This document shows, in pieces, positions 1-12,034 of a stretch of DNA of 64,000 nt (positions within the stretch are counted from its first letter, which is position 1; each line of letters starts with the position of its first letter). The stretch comes from Tubulanus polymorphus (taxonomy: Eukaryota > Animalia > Nemertea), in contig NC_134035.1 of the NCBI RefSeq assembly GCF_964204645.1, positions 4,898,001-4,962,000 of the forward strand, read 5' to 3'. A model generated the notes under the pieces. That model ran no database searches, was not told where the DNA came from, and saw only the letters and a list, made by a program, of their open reading frames with translations. The translations under genes were made by a program, and so were the position numbers.

Positions 1-2735
1 ACATATTACAATTATGCAATTTTGCAATAGAATTTGAAAAATTTACGTTTTTCTTGATGAATTTTGTTCCATAGTTACACTAATAACAGTTGACGATAGC
101 GTTATGATTGCTTTAACAAACTTTTAGAATTACTTCTGTGTTTCAGCATTTTTCTGTCCTTGGAGAGCTGCTACATGCAAGATATCCTTTTAAAAACCTG
201 AATAAACCTGAATAAATTTGCAAGAAACTGAAATGAATTCAATTCAAAATATTTTATTTTAACTTTTGAAAATTAGTGAAAGATACTTATACTGTTTGAT
301 ATTTTTTTCAGGCTCTACCGGTGAACAATTCTCGTTCTTATAGTACTGCGCTACAGACGTTGGAGTCGGTTATCTCACCTGAAATGAAAATACAATTTGA
401 ACGTCAATACAATGAGGGATATGATGTCGCGGGAGATTCCCTGTATGAGGCATGGAAATCCCTGAAATCAAACGAAATTAACATTCATTCCAACATTTTC
501 AACAATTCATCATCGCCAGGTGAGACTCAAATGAAATGGGTCTGTTTGATTCAACTAATTGTTAGAACGTGAAATTACCTTTCTAATCTCATTTTCAAGC
601 TGACTCGGACAAGGATGTTTTAAAATATCCGATTGTGGAAAGTCGTCGCTCGAAAAATCGCACAGAAGATTCGAAACGATATTTCATCCTCACAGCAGAT
701 GATGCCTATGCGAAAGCTCTCGAGAAAAATCGGAAAAAAGAAGAGAAAGAAAACAAGAAATTAGAACGACAAGAGAGAAATAAGAAATGTGCAACAAGTG
801 TAAGTTTCAGGGACAACCTCCGGTCGAGTTGTGAGTTCATTCATTTCCCGGTACATGGTGATGATTCTTGACCTGCTAGGTACTTAGTCTATAAATATTT
901 CAGGCGTCCTCAAGACCAGTGGAGTCTCCTGTCGAGGAAAAAAAAAACGAAAATCGTGTAGTTGAGGTAGGCCTATGAAAATTAAACATTTAATGAAATA
1001 AGGTTTTTTGGAATTTAAAATTGAGAAGGGCTACAATGTGTATCTGAATTTCAGGATCCTGTGAGTGTGCCTGAAACAAGTGGCGTGAACTTGATTCACG
1101 AGATCAATATAAGGTAAATTACTACATGCTTAGCTTAAAAACATGTAATAGGCCTACCTGGTTAATAGTGATGAATAATCTATCATTACTGGGTAATTAT
1201 CATTGTAGTGAAGGTTCATATGTAGCCCTATACCAAGAGGGCCAGAAAGGCAGAAAGCACCTTTACTTCGGAGTGGTATGTTTCATCGGCTAAATTTTAA
1301 CTGAAAAAAAGGAGAAATAGAATTCATGTACGGATAGTTATATATTCAACTATTTGCAGATTCTGGAAATATCGAATGACGGAGAAACAATGTCGGTGCA
1401 ATTTTTGGAACAATATTGCAATAAAAATCTGTTCGTTTGGCCGGACGTGGAGCTCATAGAAGATCATCCGGTTGAAAATATTGTAAACAGCTTGGAACCA
1501 CCAGAAGTAGTGAACACAAGGATTCAGATGGTTTTCCGGGCTGCCGAATTTGTGAAAAGTTGCGATTTATTTGCTTGCATATGTACATAAATGTTTTACT
1601 GTAGGCCTACTGTTGATAATATATGCACGTATTTGTTGTTAAGAAAAAATTATTTAAATCATTAAAGTTATTTCTGTTATTGGCTACGATTATGTATTAT
1701 CTCTTTATTCTACAGTCGTAAGATGTTTTATAATATTTATTAGCCTACCGGCACCAGTAGGCCTATTTAGTTGTGCAATAAAAATGTGCTGTTGTTAGTG
1801 TTTTGCCTTTAATAGACCTACATACATTCTCAGTTTTCCATTTTATTACCTTCTTATCTAACGGTCCTCCTTTCAGGTGTGATGAATTTTAGGATCAATT
1901 TCCCAAGCCAAACATTCTTCGTGTTTGCATGATTAAGCAGTCATCTCCCGTCACTTACAGTCTAGGCCACCGTTTGATTTCCAACGTGACAACCATGTAG
2001 TTTGTATGACAGTTAAGATACAGTTTTGGTATCTAAAGCTTAGGTGTGAAAGATAACGGTACATCATCTATCTAATCCATCAAAATCCACGTGGAAACAC
2101 CGTAATCTGGCAATCTTCCAAATCATTTCCGGGTTTGACTTCTGGGCACATCTATTCGTCGCATTGGGGACGGTGGGTAGCGTAAAGCCGAGGGAATATC
2201 GAAAATGAAAACCGGCTCGTGATTTTTCTGAAACGCGCATGGAAATTCGAATTTTTTATGTTATAAGCCATCTAATAGGCAATATATATTAAATATTAAA
2301 CAAAATGCGATCTATGTTTTGTCTTAATTACCTAGACGAAAAACTCCCTCCAACGGCCATTTGTGCGGTTTGTGATGCTACCATCCCTAACAAATTGGTA
2401 TAACCCATATCCCCCATAAACAACATGGTATCGCCCGTTTTCAATAGCATACAAGCTGCGTTTAAATCGGCGTACAGAGCATTTCCGAACTTACGTGTTA
2501 GGTTTCCGAATTTACGTGACCGCGGCTTCCGAAATTACGTCGGCATAAAAAACTTAAAAAATCAGTGCGTTTATCTATTCAAACCCACAAAAAAAATGAT
2601 TTTGACAATAATTTGGGCAAAAAACAAAAATACATATAGGAGCTTAATTGCCGATTACTGCTAATAATTGACGGAATCCACCGATCAAAATCGCATTTCT
2701 ATAAATGTATTCCGAACTTACGTGGAGTTACCCTA
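1..2735 (+). mobile_element. Right-hand portion of a pogo-like DNA transposon with subterminal repeats and terminus
   Basis: Three TTCCGAA(C/T/A)TTACGT repeats at 2483-2540 and a fourth at 2710-2723. The stretch ends ...GGAGTTACCC followed by TA (2734-2735), consistent with a TIR plus TA target site. It encloses the spliced ORF above; the left end is outside the window. Confidence 0.55.
312..1590 (+). CDS. C-terminal part of a spliced pogo/Tc5-like (DDE_1-type) transposase-related protein; 5' part lies upstream or was not resolved
   Basis: Phase-consistent GT-AG exons 312-519, 600-799, 904-966, 1055-1113, 1209-1275, 1360-1590 give one open frame. It contains FERQYNEGYD..DSLYEAWKSLK, ILTADDAYAKALEKNRKKEEKENKKLERQERNKK and YVALY..YFGVILEI..VQFL..FVWP, motifs I recognise from C-termini of invertebrate DDE_1 transposases. 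The catalytic DDE domain is not visible here. Confidence 0.6.
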
Positions 2736-3149
2736 TGTACGGAACCTGACATTAGCGCTAATCTTTAATAATAATAGCGCCACATAGTGGAAAGGTGACT
2801 TTTAAAGCAGTGGAAGCCAATATTCATACCCTACTATTTTCTAACCTTACCCTGAACCTTTCAATGTAGGCCTATGCGTAGGCTGCCGGTAGGGGCCTAT
2901 CTTATCTTTTCATTTATCGATAAGAAGGGAAAAGCAGTCGAAAAATTTGTCAAGAGATATAAAATCATATCAGAACAACTTGACTATTTGACAAAAGATC
3001 AACAATAGTAGTACGTCGAAACAACTAATAAATGATAAGCACCGTATTCAAGGCCTTGTTGAAAGACTAAACTAAACAGATTTAACACAGACTACCTGAT
3101 CGACCATGTAATGACGGTTTACACGATGAATTTACGGTTTAAAACTCAC

Positions 3150-3281
3150 CTTTTGTTTGATATCGCTTTCTTTCCATTGCGGCCTGACCGATTTTAGTAC
3201 TGCTAATATACCCGGGGTGACGTTATCTTCGTCGATCGTAATATCCAGTCGCATTACTTCCCGGTTCAAATCGGCATCCAT
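3150..3281 (-). CDS. ETNK1: Ethanolamine kinase (ETNK/easily shocked-like), first coding exon; remainder outside window to the left
   Basis: Translates MDADLNREVMRLDITIDEDNVTPGILAVLKSVRPQWKESDIKQK followed by a strong phase-0 AAG|GTGAGT donor. This resembles the ETNK N-terminal L(D/N)(I/V)T...L..(L/V)RP.W segment that precedes FTDGITNKL. It is too short for the ORF track. Confidence 0.75.
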
Positions 3282-3799
3282 GACCCCTCGCTACCCGGTG
3301 ACACCTCGGTAACGAATGACGCTCTACTCAATTGAAATGAATTTTGATTGAATTTGCTAGCGGCCTCGCGCGATTCGTCGTCGCAGTGTGGAGCCGGCGT
3401 TATTTACTTCCGGGTTCTCAAATTTCGCGAATTTTGCGATAAAAATCCAGTTAAATCGCTCATTTCCAGAGCACCGTTTCAGAGAGAATCTCTAAAAGTT
3501 TGTTCCCATCTAGATTAACGACTCTGTTAACGATACCCAGAGATTTAACAGCGACCGATTTGATATTTCACTTCAGAAAACTAGTTGAAAGTTTCAAAAG
3601 TTCCTCTTTCATTTTTCTTTTTGTCGCCGTCGGCGTCGGTAGTTTCTCCAAAAATGCTTTTTACCCATTAAAATTAACTGATTTTCCATCTCCAACACTT
3701 ATGAGATTTCATAAATGGAAATATTTATACAAATTTGCTCGAGTGGGAGGAACAGTGAATGATTATTATTGAGAAAAATTGTTGTTTTCCATTCCATAG
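3282..3799. promoter_or_regulatory. Bidirectional promoter / 5' UTR region shared by ETNK (-) and FDPS (+)
   Basis: CpG-rich stretch between divergent start codons 3281 and 3813, with an ETS-type ACTTCCGG at ~3406-3413. Confidence 0.55.
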
Positions 3800-3812
3800 C
3801 TTGTGGATTGTT

Positions 3813-6800
3813 ATGTTAAAGAGTAGTTTGAATTTGATCAGTTCAACAAGGATTTATCATCAGTTTATACAGCACTCCGTTTTATCATCACTGTCGACGC
3901 AAGCTTCGTCTGAAATTATTCCGCCCATCGCCATCAGACGGGCATCCCGCCGCCGGTACTCGACGTCAAATATCACCACCAGGTGGCGTGATAGCAAAGA
4001 CGGAAGCTGCATCTCGAAGGAGACGTATGGTGTAGAAAATTCAACGGAAAGAATTCTGAAAGTAAGCCGCCGTGTTGAGATTATAGAAACTCATAGCCAC
4101 CAAGTCCCAATTTCATTTCGCTCTGGGACTAAATAATGATTTGAAAATGAACTAAATCCTCGTTCGTTCCAAAATCCAGCTCCACAGCTGTGAATTAGTT
4201 TAATTCAAGGTTGCCGGAACTGCGTCCGTATTCATACAACGATATCTGAGTGTCTCTGGCACACGTTTCTTCTGGCTACCCGTCATTTACTCATATCTTA
4301 CTCATACCTCTTACAGATGGACACGAAAAAGTCTCAACAGAAACAAACCGATGAGTTGAAACTTTTCGACGACGTATTTCCTCAGATTATCGACGACGCG
4401 ATGAGCATTCAAGGTCATACGCAACATGAAATTCAACAGGCTATGGACCATTTCAAGGAGGTACACCTGCCATTTATCAGTTCAATCAACTTTTTTTACT
4501 GCACGTTGTTACTGTTTAAAACATTTTGGAATCAATATAATTATTTCGACAGTATATTTATTTGAGTCTATATGGGGCGTCAGGTCAGTAAGGGACACCA
4601 ACTGCCACCAGTGCTAAAAATTATGCCTCCGAAATCTCTTGATGGCGATTCCGCACAGCTCCTTTCGAAGCTATGTACCATGAATGGCAAAGGCCCTTTT
4701 ATAAAGAATATATGGATTTGGTATGGTATTTGTATGAGCCCATGTTTGTCGAATTTCGCGGTGTTTCCCAATGATATATAAATTTTCATTAATCGACATT
4801 TATTGTTTGGAAGCAACACATACCTCCTACTAGACCAACAGCTTTAATTCCCTATAATAATAATCCATGCATTCAGTCCCTTTTGCGAAAATTACCATTT
4901 GTTTTCGACACCAATGATTAATTCCTATATGAGTAGTTCATGTAGTCGACGATAGATGGCGAACGAGTTGAACTTTCTATAATAGATATATTGATACGAT
5001 AGGTATCTAATAATACCATATTTTTGATATTCCAATGAATCAAAAAAAGGAAAGATGAAAATAATCTCGATACATTTAAGTATCGACACCATCGCTTTGG
5101 TTCCGTCGCTTTGGTTTTATTCTATCTAAAGTTAGAAAATAAAATCATCTCGAATCTTACTCTGAACTAAATGGGGGTTGTATGTCCGCAATGATAAATG
5201 GCTATTTTCCATTCGTAACTTCAATTTTCTAAAACTAATTCCATGGTTCCCACAGAACAGGGAAATTGGGAAAAAATTGGGAATTATGAAATGATAATTC
5301 CTGGTTTGGTGGAAATATTCTCCTCAAATCAGGGAAATTGTCACCCTGATATAAGTCACGTATTTCATAACCGGTTACAAAATATTTGGAAAATTCATTA
5401 CATTTCACGTCAAGGGCAACTTTCTTCAACGATTTCCCTTGAAAATCACCTTTATCAACCAGTCACCACTAAAATGTTGACTGCTGAGCATGATGTGGTA
5501 TCTGTTCATTTCCATTTAGGAAAATTGAAAAATCACCCATAAAATACTTTGGAAATTTCTTGGGGGAATTTTTAATTCATATAACTGTGGGAACCATGTA
5601 ATTCATTCTCGTGAAATTTCAGGTATTATTGTATAACATTCCGGGCGGCAAGAAGAATCGAGGACTGGCCGTCGTGTCGTCGTATAAATATCTCGTACCT
5701 AGCGATCGGGTGACCGACGATGATCTATTACGAGCGAGAATTCTCGGCTGGTGCGTCGAAATCGTAAGTATCTCTCCGAGCGCGATCGATTCCTGCAATG
5801 TATTAACCGACGAGAGCATCGTAAGGAGTTATTCACAACGTTGTCTGCCGTTTTATTTCGACAGTTACAAGCATATTTCCTCGTAGCCGACGACATCATG
5901 GATGAATCTTCTACGCGGCGAGGCAAACAGTGCTGGTATAAAAAAGTAAGCCACTGCCGGTCTGACACAAAAGGTTTTCACCCCAGTATCCTAGGTACTA
6001 TATATATAAAAAGACTTTTTGTATATGTTGCCTAGGATACTGCGGTCAAAACTTCTTTTTGTCAGGCCCTTGTGAAGAAAGTGACATTTTTGCACTTCTG
6101 CAAATTTTATTAAGCCCACGCGCCACGCGCAATGCTTTCATTTATTGATGAATAGGAAATATCTCAGATATTTCCTATTCATCAACGAACAAATTGAATA
6201 CATCAACAGATGATCTGGCAGTGCTTCGAGAAACGTAATCTGAATTTTGAAAAATTCTCATATTCAGATGCATGTTAAAACCATCTCAAGTACATCTTTA
6301 TGATCAGTCAGTCTGCTTCGTTTTTCATCATTTTATTTGTTTCAAACCTTCTCTTTTTTTCGTATTTTTTTCAGAAAGGAATAGGAATGATCGCGATCAA
6401 CGATAGTTTTTTTATCGATTCGTGCATTTATGTGATATTGAAAAAATATTTTCGCGGTGAAAAGTATTATATCGATATCGTCGAACTATTTCACGAGGTA
6501 ATCAAATGTAGTTCTACGAATCTGCCTATTACTCTTTAGTTTAGTTAATTTCAGCAAGTTTGTCGAAGGAATAGTCAAAAGTAAAACAAAAAAAAATTAT
6601 TTTATTTCCAATTAAATCATTTTGTTTGCAGACGGTTTTACAGACGGTGATTGGTCAGTCGTTGGATCTGCAGACAGCCACATCAGACGGCGAGGTCGAC
6701 TTCAGTCGGTTTTCGACGGAACGTTACGCGGCGATCGTCAAATGGAAGACGGCTTTCTATTCGTTCTATTTACCGGTAGCGTTAGCGATGTATATGGTAC

Positions 6801-8006
6801 GTCAACTCAACAATGAACTTGGGTGGTGTTTAAGTTTTTGCGCCGCGGAATTTCGCATTTATCAATAGAATAAATCAAAGAATTCCTCTATTAAAACCTA
6901 TATCTAAGATATTCAAACATTTTACTTGAAAGGATTGTTGATTCCGACAAATAAAAAGCAAAAACTGAAAATTTTATTATTGAAGCCACAACGTGGAATT
7001 GTGAGATGCAGCAAAAATGAATATTGAACAGAAAGATAATCTGGATATTACATTACATCGAAAAGCAATGGCTGCACCTGACTGTTAGGAAATACCTGAA
7101 ATATGGCGAAAAAGAACTATTTAATTTCTGAAGTTTTACTCGATAATTATGAGATTTCATTTTGTTTGTGTGTATATTAATACGTTATAAATGTGCTTTT
7201 ATTTGTTGTATTTCCAGGCAGGTATCACTGACGCTGAATCGCACGCGAAAGCCAAACGTATTCTATTGAAGATGGGACACTTCTTTCAAGTACAAGACGA
7301 CTATCTGGACTGTTACGGCGACCCGACCGTGATCGGTAAAATCGGCACCGATATAAGAGATAATAAATGTAGCTGGTTAATCAACGAAGCTTTGATAAGA
7401 GCTTCACCCGAACAGATTAAGGTGCTAGAGGTAAGATGAAGGTTACTGTTACGAGCCCTGTTATTCTATTGGGCAAGACCCAGTTCTACACATTTCGGTT
7501 TCAAGATTTAACCGTATAGGGCAAAAACATCGAAAATAAACTGATTTTAACTGATCACTCAGCAAGCGCCGCTGTGCCAAGATATTGTGTACTTTATGTC
7601 TCCACTGCTCACGCTCTGTAGTTAATTGTTTCAGGATTTTCGATATCTGATGTTCTATTGTTGAGGTTTATGCCAATTTCAACCGATAGTCAGTTTCATC
7701 AGCACCTGTGGAACTGGGTCATGCATTTCTAAGTTCATCGTGTATGTCTTTGCCATGATCATTATTTCTTCTAAACATATTTTGTTCTTCGATGGCTATT
7801 TTTAGGAAAATTACGCTCAGGCCGACCCGGCGAAAGAACGGAAAGTCAAAGACGTTTTCGACGAGTTGGACATGAAAGGAATTTACGCGCGTTACGAAGA
7901 GGATAGTTATCACGAACTCGTGCAATTGATAGAGACATCTAGTGGCGATTTACCGAAACAGATGTTCGTCACATTCGCCGAAAAGATTTACAAACGAAAA
8001 AAGTGA
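3813..8006 (+). CDS. FDPS: Farnesyl diphosphate synthase (355 aa from ATG 4317; 438 aa with the upstream presequence exon)
   Basis: Exons 3813-4061 (optional), 4317-4460, 5623-5763, 5865-5945, 6375-6497, 6632-6796, 7218-7430, 7806-8006, all phase-0 GT-AG. Motifs: GGKKNRG, first Asp-rich motif [14 protein letters not shown] (aromatic pair typical of C15 synthases), [31 protein letters not shown]-terminal KIYKRKK. AATAAA at ~8573. Confidence 0.95.
5242..5598. mobile_element. MITE in FDPS intron
   Basis: 14-bp TIRs CATGGTTCCCACAG / CTGTGGGAACCATG, flanked by a direct repeat of TAATTC. Confidence 0.7.
6145..6185. repeat. Perfect palindrome (20-bp arms, 1-nt spacer)
   Basis: TTGATGAATAGGAAATATCT-C-AGATATTTCCTATTCATCAA. 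Confidence 0.85.
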
Positions 8007-8719
8007 TCGAAATTGATTTGTCAAATATGACGTATTCAAACCCGGTTTTATAGTTTCGGTGTTAAATGTGAGCCTGAACATAAATCTAAACCACTACCAG
8101 TAACTTAGGAGCTAAATCTTGGAGTCGTAAATTTCTTATGGGTATAATTAGTATCCACTAAAAGAACCTCTCCACATTCCAAGGTCCAGTTGTGCAGTCA
8201 GGGCTTAGTTTTAAAACAATTCTGAGCCTTATTTTTTGGCAAATGAATCAACTTAAAAAACGAGTCTCAAATTTATATTTTTTTCGGACTGGGCCTTGTA
8301 ATCAGGACAATCTTTCTGGTTTAGGACAGGTTAGGCAATATGAGTAGTAAAGTCACATGTCTTTAGTACTAATACTTTATTTTCCAACATCCAGTAAAAC
8401 CTGGTCCTGACGTTTCTCAATTTCTCTGTCTTTCTACCCAATTATATTTTACTAAATCTCAACGTTTATCATGAATATGCTTTGCCATTATTATTATTAT
8501 TAATGTGATTATCATTATTATTTAATTGTCGGTAATGACTATGTACATCTTGTTTACAAAGAAAAACGGAAAAATAAATCAACCTTTAAGTCTGTAAATA
8601 GAGTCTCAAGATTTACGTTTCTACGGAGAATGAAGGATATTTTGAATAGAGACACGACTGTAGCACACACGGACCCAATCCCAAGTCCAGTTTATGAGAC
8701 CTAGCCCCAGTCTGAAACA

Positions 8720-8847
8720 TACGGAAGCCCCTCTGTGACATACGAGATAATATTTTCACAATTTCGACTTATTATGTCGAAATTCGACATAATAATAAGT
8801 CGAACTTATGAAAACATTATCTCGTATGTCACAGAGGGGCTTCTGTA
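8720..8847. mobile_element. Foldback MITE between the convergent FDPS and neuropeptide 3' ends
   Basis: TACGGAAGCCCCTCTGTGACATACGAGATAAT ... ATTATCTCGTATGTCACAGAGGGGCTTCTGTA; almost fully self-complementary, with TA ends. Confidence 0.8.
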
Positions 8848-9340
8848 GAAATAAGAATGAACGCCAAACATATGTTTTAATGTATTTCGATAATTTATTA
8901 CTGCCACGAAAAACACTGAAAAAGTTGTCATCACAGAAAACAGGACTGATCGTATGAGATACAGCGAACTTGAAGAACTGAGAACTGACAGCGCTTTGAT
9001 TTCTTTAACATTTCACATTTTCAAACAATAAACCTCGGGTTGATTTTTGCTGACTTCAAATATGAAAAGACGGCGTTATCGTGGAGGATAAGAATTAATC
9101 AACTTCTCAAACCGATTCTCAGGGGGGTTTTGGCGGAACAAGGGGACTGCCCATACAGCATCGGTGTTTTTTAGCGGGCGTTGAGAATCGAAGCGGTAAG
9201 TTTAATTTGATGGCAGCATTCAAATGAAACAGATAGTTGCGTGCGCGATAATTATCTATATACATATACATTATGTGATGGCATTTCGAAAATTCGCCGG
9301 TTACAAACGTCATCAGAACCGCGATTTAAACGCGATGCAG

Positions 9341-10991
9341 TCATCGTGTTTCACCGTAAGCGCCGCCCCAGGCGTTAGCGTTTTGCCGTTTCTCCGTATC
9401 GGAGCCGTACCCGCCGCCCCAACCGTTCGCGTTCAAACGCTTCTCGGCGTTTTCCCCGTACGCGCCACCCCAGGCGTTATGGTTTAGACTGCCTCGTTTG
9501 TCCGTCGATTCCTCCAGCCCGTAGCCACCTCCCCACGCGTTCTGGTTTTGCCGTTTTTCCGTGCCGTACGCGCCGCCCCACGCGTTCGCGTTCTGACGCT
9601 TCTCGGCGCCGTAACCGCCGCCCCAACCGTTTTCGTTCGGTTGCCGTTTAGAGCCGCCGGTCCTCTTAAACATTCGCTTATTGTTCAGACTACGCTTGCC
9701 CCAACCGAATTTGGATACTTGGTCGCTGTTTCGTTTCGTACCGTGTCGCAACAGTTCGGCTACTTGGTTTATATCGCTCAGTTGTGCCCAGGTATCTGTA
9801 TCGTGTGCGGCCGATCGTCTGTCGTTAGATTTCGGCTCGTCGTCTGCTGATGGGAACTGGCCCTCGCCGTATATCGCTAATGCATCTTTGTATGATTTAT
9901 CGACGTCCTTATTTTCTTCTGAATACGAGCCTGAAAATATAGAATAAATATTTGAGAAACATTTTGTGCGTTATTAATGAGTTTTGGAAGCACTCAAATG
10001 ACCCTCCCCCATGTTGCGACGGTTTCGTATTGGAATATGACGCAGTTTATATTCAGTATTCTCGGATGGTGAAAAAATATTTCTGTCCGCGGAAAAGCGA
10101 CGGATTCCAGTGGAGTTTTTATATACGATTCGACGCCGAATGAAGACAACAACTTTCATCCGCATCGATTGAAATTTGTGAAGTCCAATATTACGGGGGT
10201 CCGTACCCCAGCTTACTCATTGAGGTCGCCTTCGTTGGCAAGATAGATATCATCAAAATCTACCAATTCGTCCATCCACTCAAAAGATTAAGTGCACTCA
10301 CTAGGGATCGAACCCCGGGTCACAAACCGAGACTAACACGACTTGACCACTTTGCCAGTGGTTATCGGCGTAGTGTCGTATTTGCGCAACGCATCTTATC
10401 TGAACGAACTACCTATTGCGGGCCTCGTAGTTTGCAGTTTGCAGGCATTACTGGTCTTTGCTCGAGAAATGCCCGTTTATTTCTTTTAGACCCCATTCCC
10501 AGATCCCTCCCGGCAAAATATGGTTTTTCACAGATTTCAAGAACAGCGTCTCAGTTTCAGAACTGGCGCGAAATGTTTTTTTTTCGGAGCCATCATTAAA
10601 AATCTATGCGAACGGCAAACTCGTGGTCGCCTGGTTCACCGTCTAAGTGAAAATTAACTACGCCTAGTTAATAACACTTAACGTCAATTTCCCGCTGTTA
10701 AACGTTAGTTTTTAGGACGTTAAGCAAACGTTTCACGTAGTTAAAAACGCTTACGTCGCGTCGTTGATTGCTATCGATCATTGTCGACTCACGTTGGACG
10801 ACCATCGAACGAATTATCGTCAGCGCGCGTGCGCGCCGAGCCTTTTTAGCTTTTGAAAAGAAACTATGCCCGATCATTGATGGGATAGTCTCCTGATAGT
10901 TCCTCTTGTGAAACTTACCCGGGATATTCAGGATGAGTAATAGAGATACGATCGTGTAGCTGTGTTTTCTGAGATACTTCGTCCAGTCCAT
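9341..10991 (-). CDS. Neuropeptide precursor (220 aa): signal peptide, one FGW-amide and six NxN[AG]WGG[AG]YG peptides
   Basis: Exon 10919-10991 (MDWTKYLRKHSYTIVSLLLILNIP, phase-1 GTAAGT donor) joins exon 9341-9930 (GSYS-EENKDV...) in frame. The product has an acidic prosegment, repeated KR/RR sites, a GKR amidation site after FGW, and N-terminal Gln on four repeats. AATAAA (-) at ~8895-8900. Confidence 0.88.
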
Positions 10992-11829
10992 CTCTATCTA
11001 CAAAGATAATCAAATACGTGAACAGATCTATACGAACTTTAACAGTTTTACGAGAACAGAAAAACAACCATTGGAAACCTGCGGGGAAAGACTCGCAGAA
11101 ATTCCCAAACGATTTTTTCCCACTTTTCCCCATGTCCCAGATTCACTGAGACCATGAAGGCCTGTTTTTAAGTTACTTAGAGTATGGGTCCACCACCCAG
11201 AATTCTGAAAAAAATCATCTTTTTCTTAGTCCTTCATGTTTTCATCACAATTTTTCAATAGAATATCATTTTATATGTCCGTCTTGATTTTCATTGTAGT
11301 ATCTTGTAAATGTTCATCTCAATTTGAAATGCAAAAAAGTTCAGTTTTTTTTCAATTTCTTCCATCATTTGAATCAAATAATTTTCACTCCTTTATATCT
11401 TTTTTCCTTCAGTCCTTCCGAGGTTTTATGTGGAAAATACTAAATAATTTCTCCTTTTCCCTTCCCTTCCCTTTCAATTCTTTCCTGATCCCATCCATTC
11501 TAAAACGCCTATTGTGAAAAATTTTTGCCCTCCCACTTTTTCGTGTACTCCAATCGGTACTCCAAGTAATTTAAAAAGGCCTAAGTGTCAGTGTACCAAA
11601 GAAATACTAGGATCTTAGATCTCTGTGGATATAACCACTTCCATCAGGACGAGGGGAAGATGTCCTGAACGCTTTTTTAATTTTATCGAATTTCACTATT
11701 TTTGAAGTTAATGAAATAATTTTTGTCCAGCTTTATCGAATGATTATATCATCGTAACACAGTCTGGGACAAAAACAAGGGGTATAGGGTAAAAGTTAAC
11801 AGTTCCGTGTCTTTGCGAGCGCGTGTGTC

Positions 11830-12034
11830 TTAAGCCCAACGCACACGGCACCGAAAAAAAAGTTTTTCCCTCGTGAAAAAAACGTTTTCGATGTTTTTTG
11901 TTATGCCGTGTGCGGGCAGGGCAAAACACAAAACCCGCACTGAAAAACATTTTTCACGAGCAAAAAACGTTTTCTGAAAAACGTGTTTTCTGTTTCGGCG
12001 AAACAAATGTTTTGCCGTGTGCGTTGGGCTTTAA
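11830..12034. mobile_element. MITE
   Basis: TIRs AAGCCCAACGCACACGGCA / TGCCGTGTGCGTTGGGCTT, with internal inverted segments. Confidence 0.75.

Noticed and set aside
9224-9947. Plus-strand ORFs overlapping the neuropeptide exon
   Set aside because: They are antisense shadows of a GC-rich repetitive coding exon.
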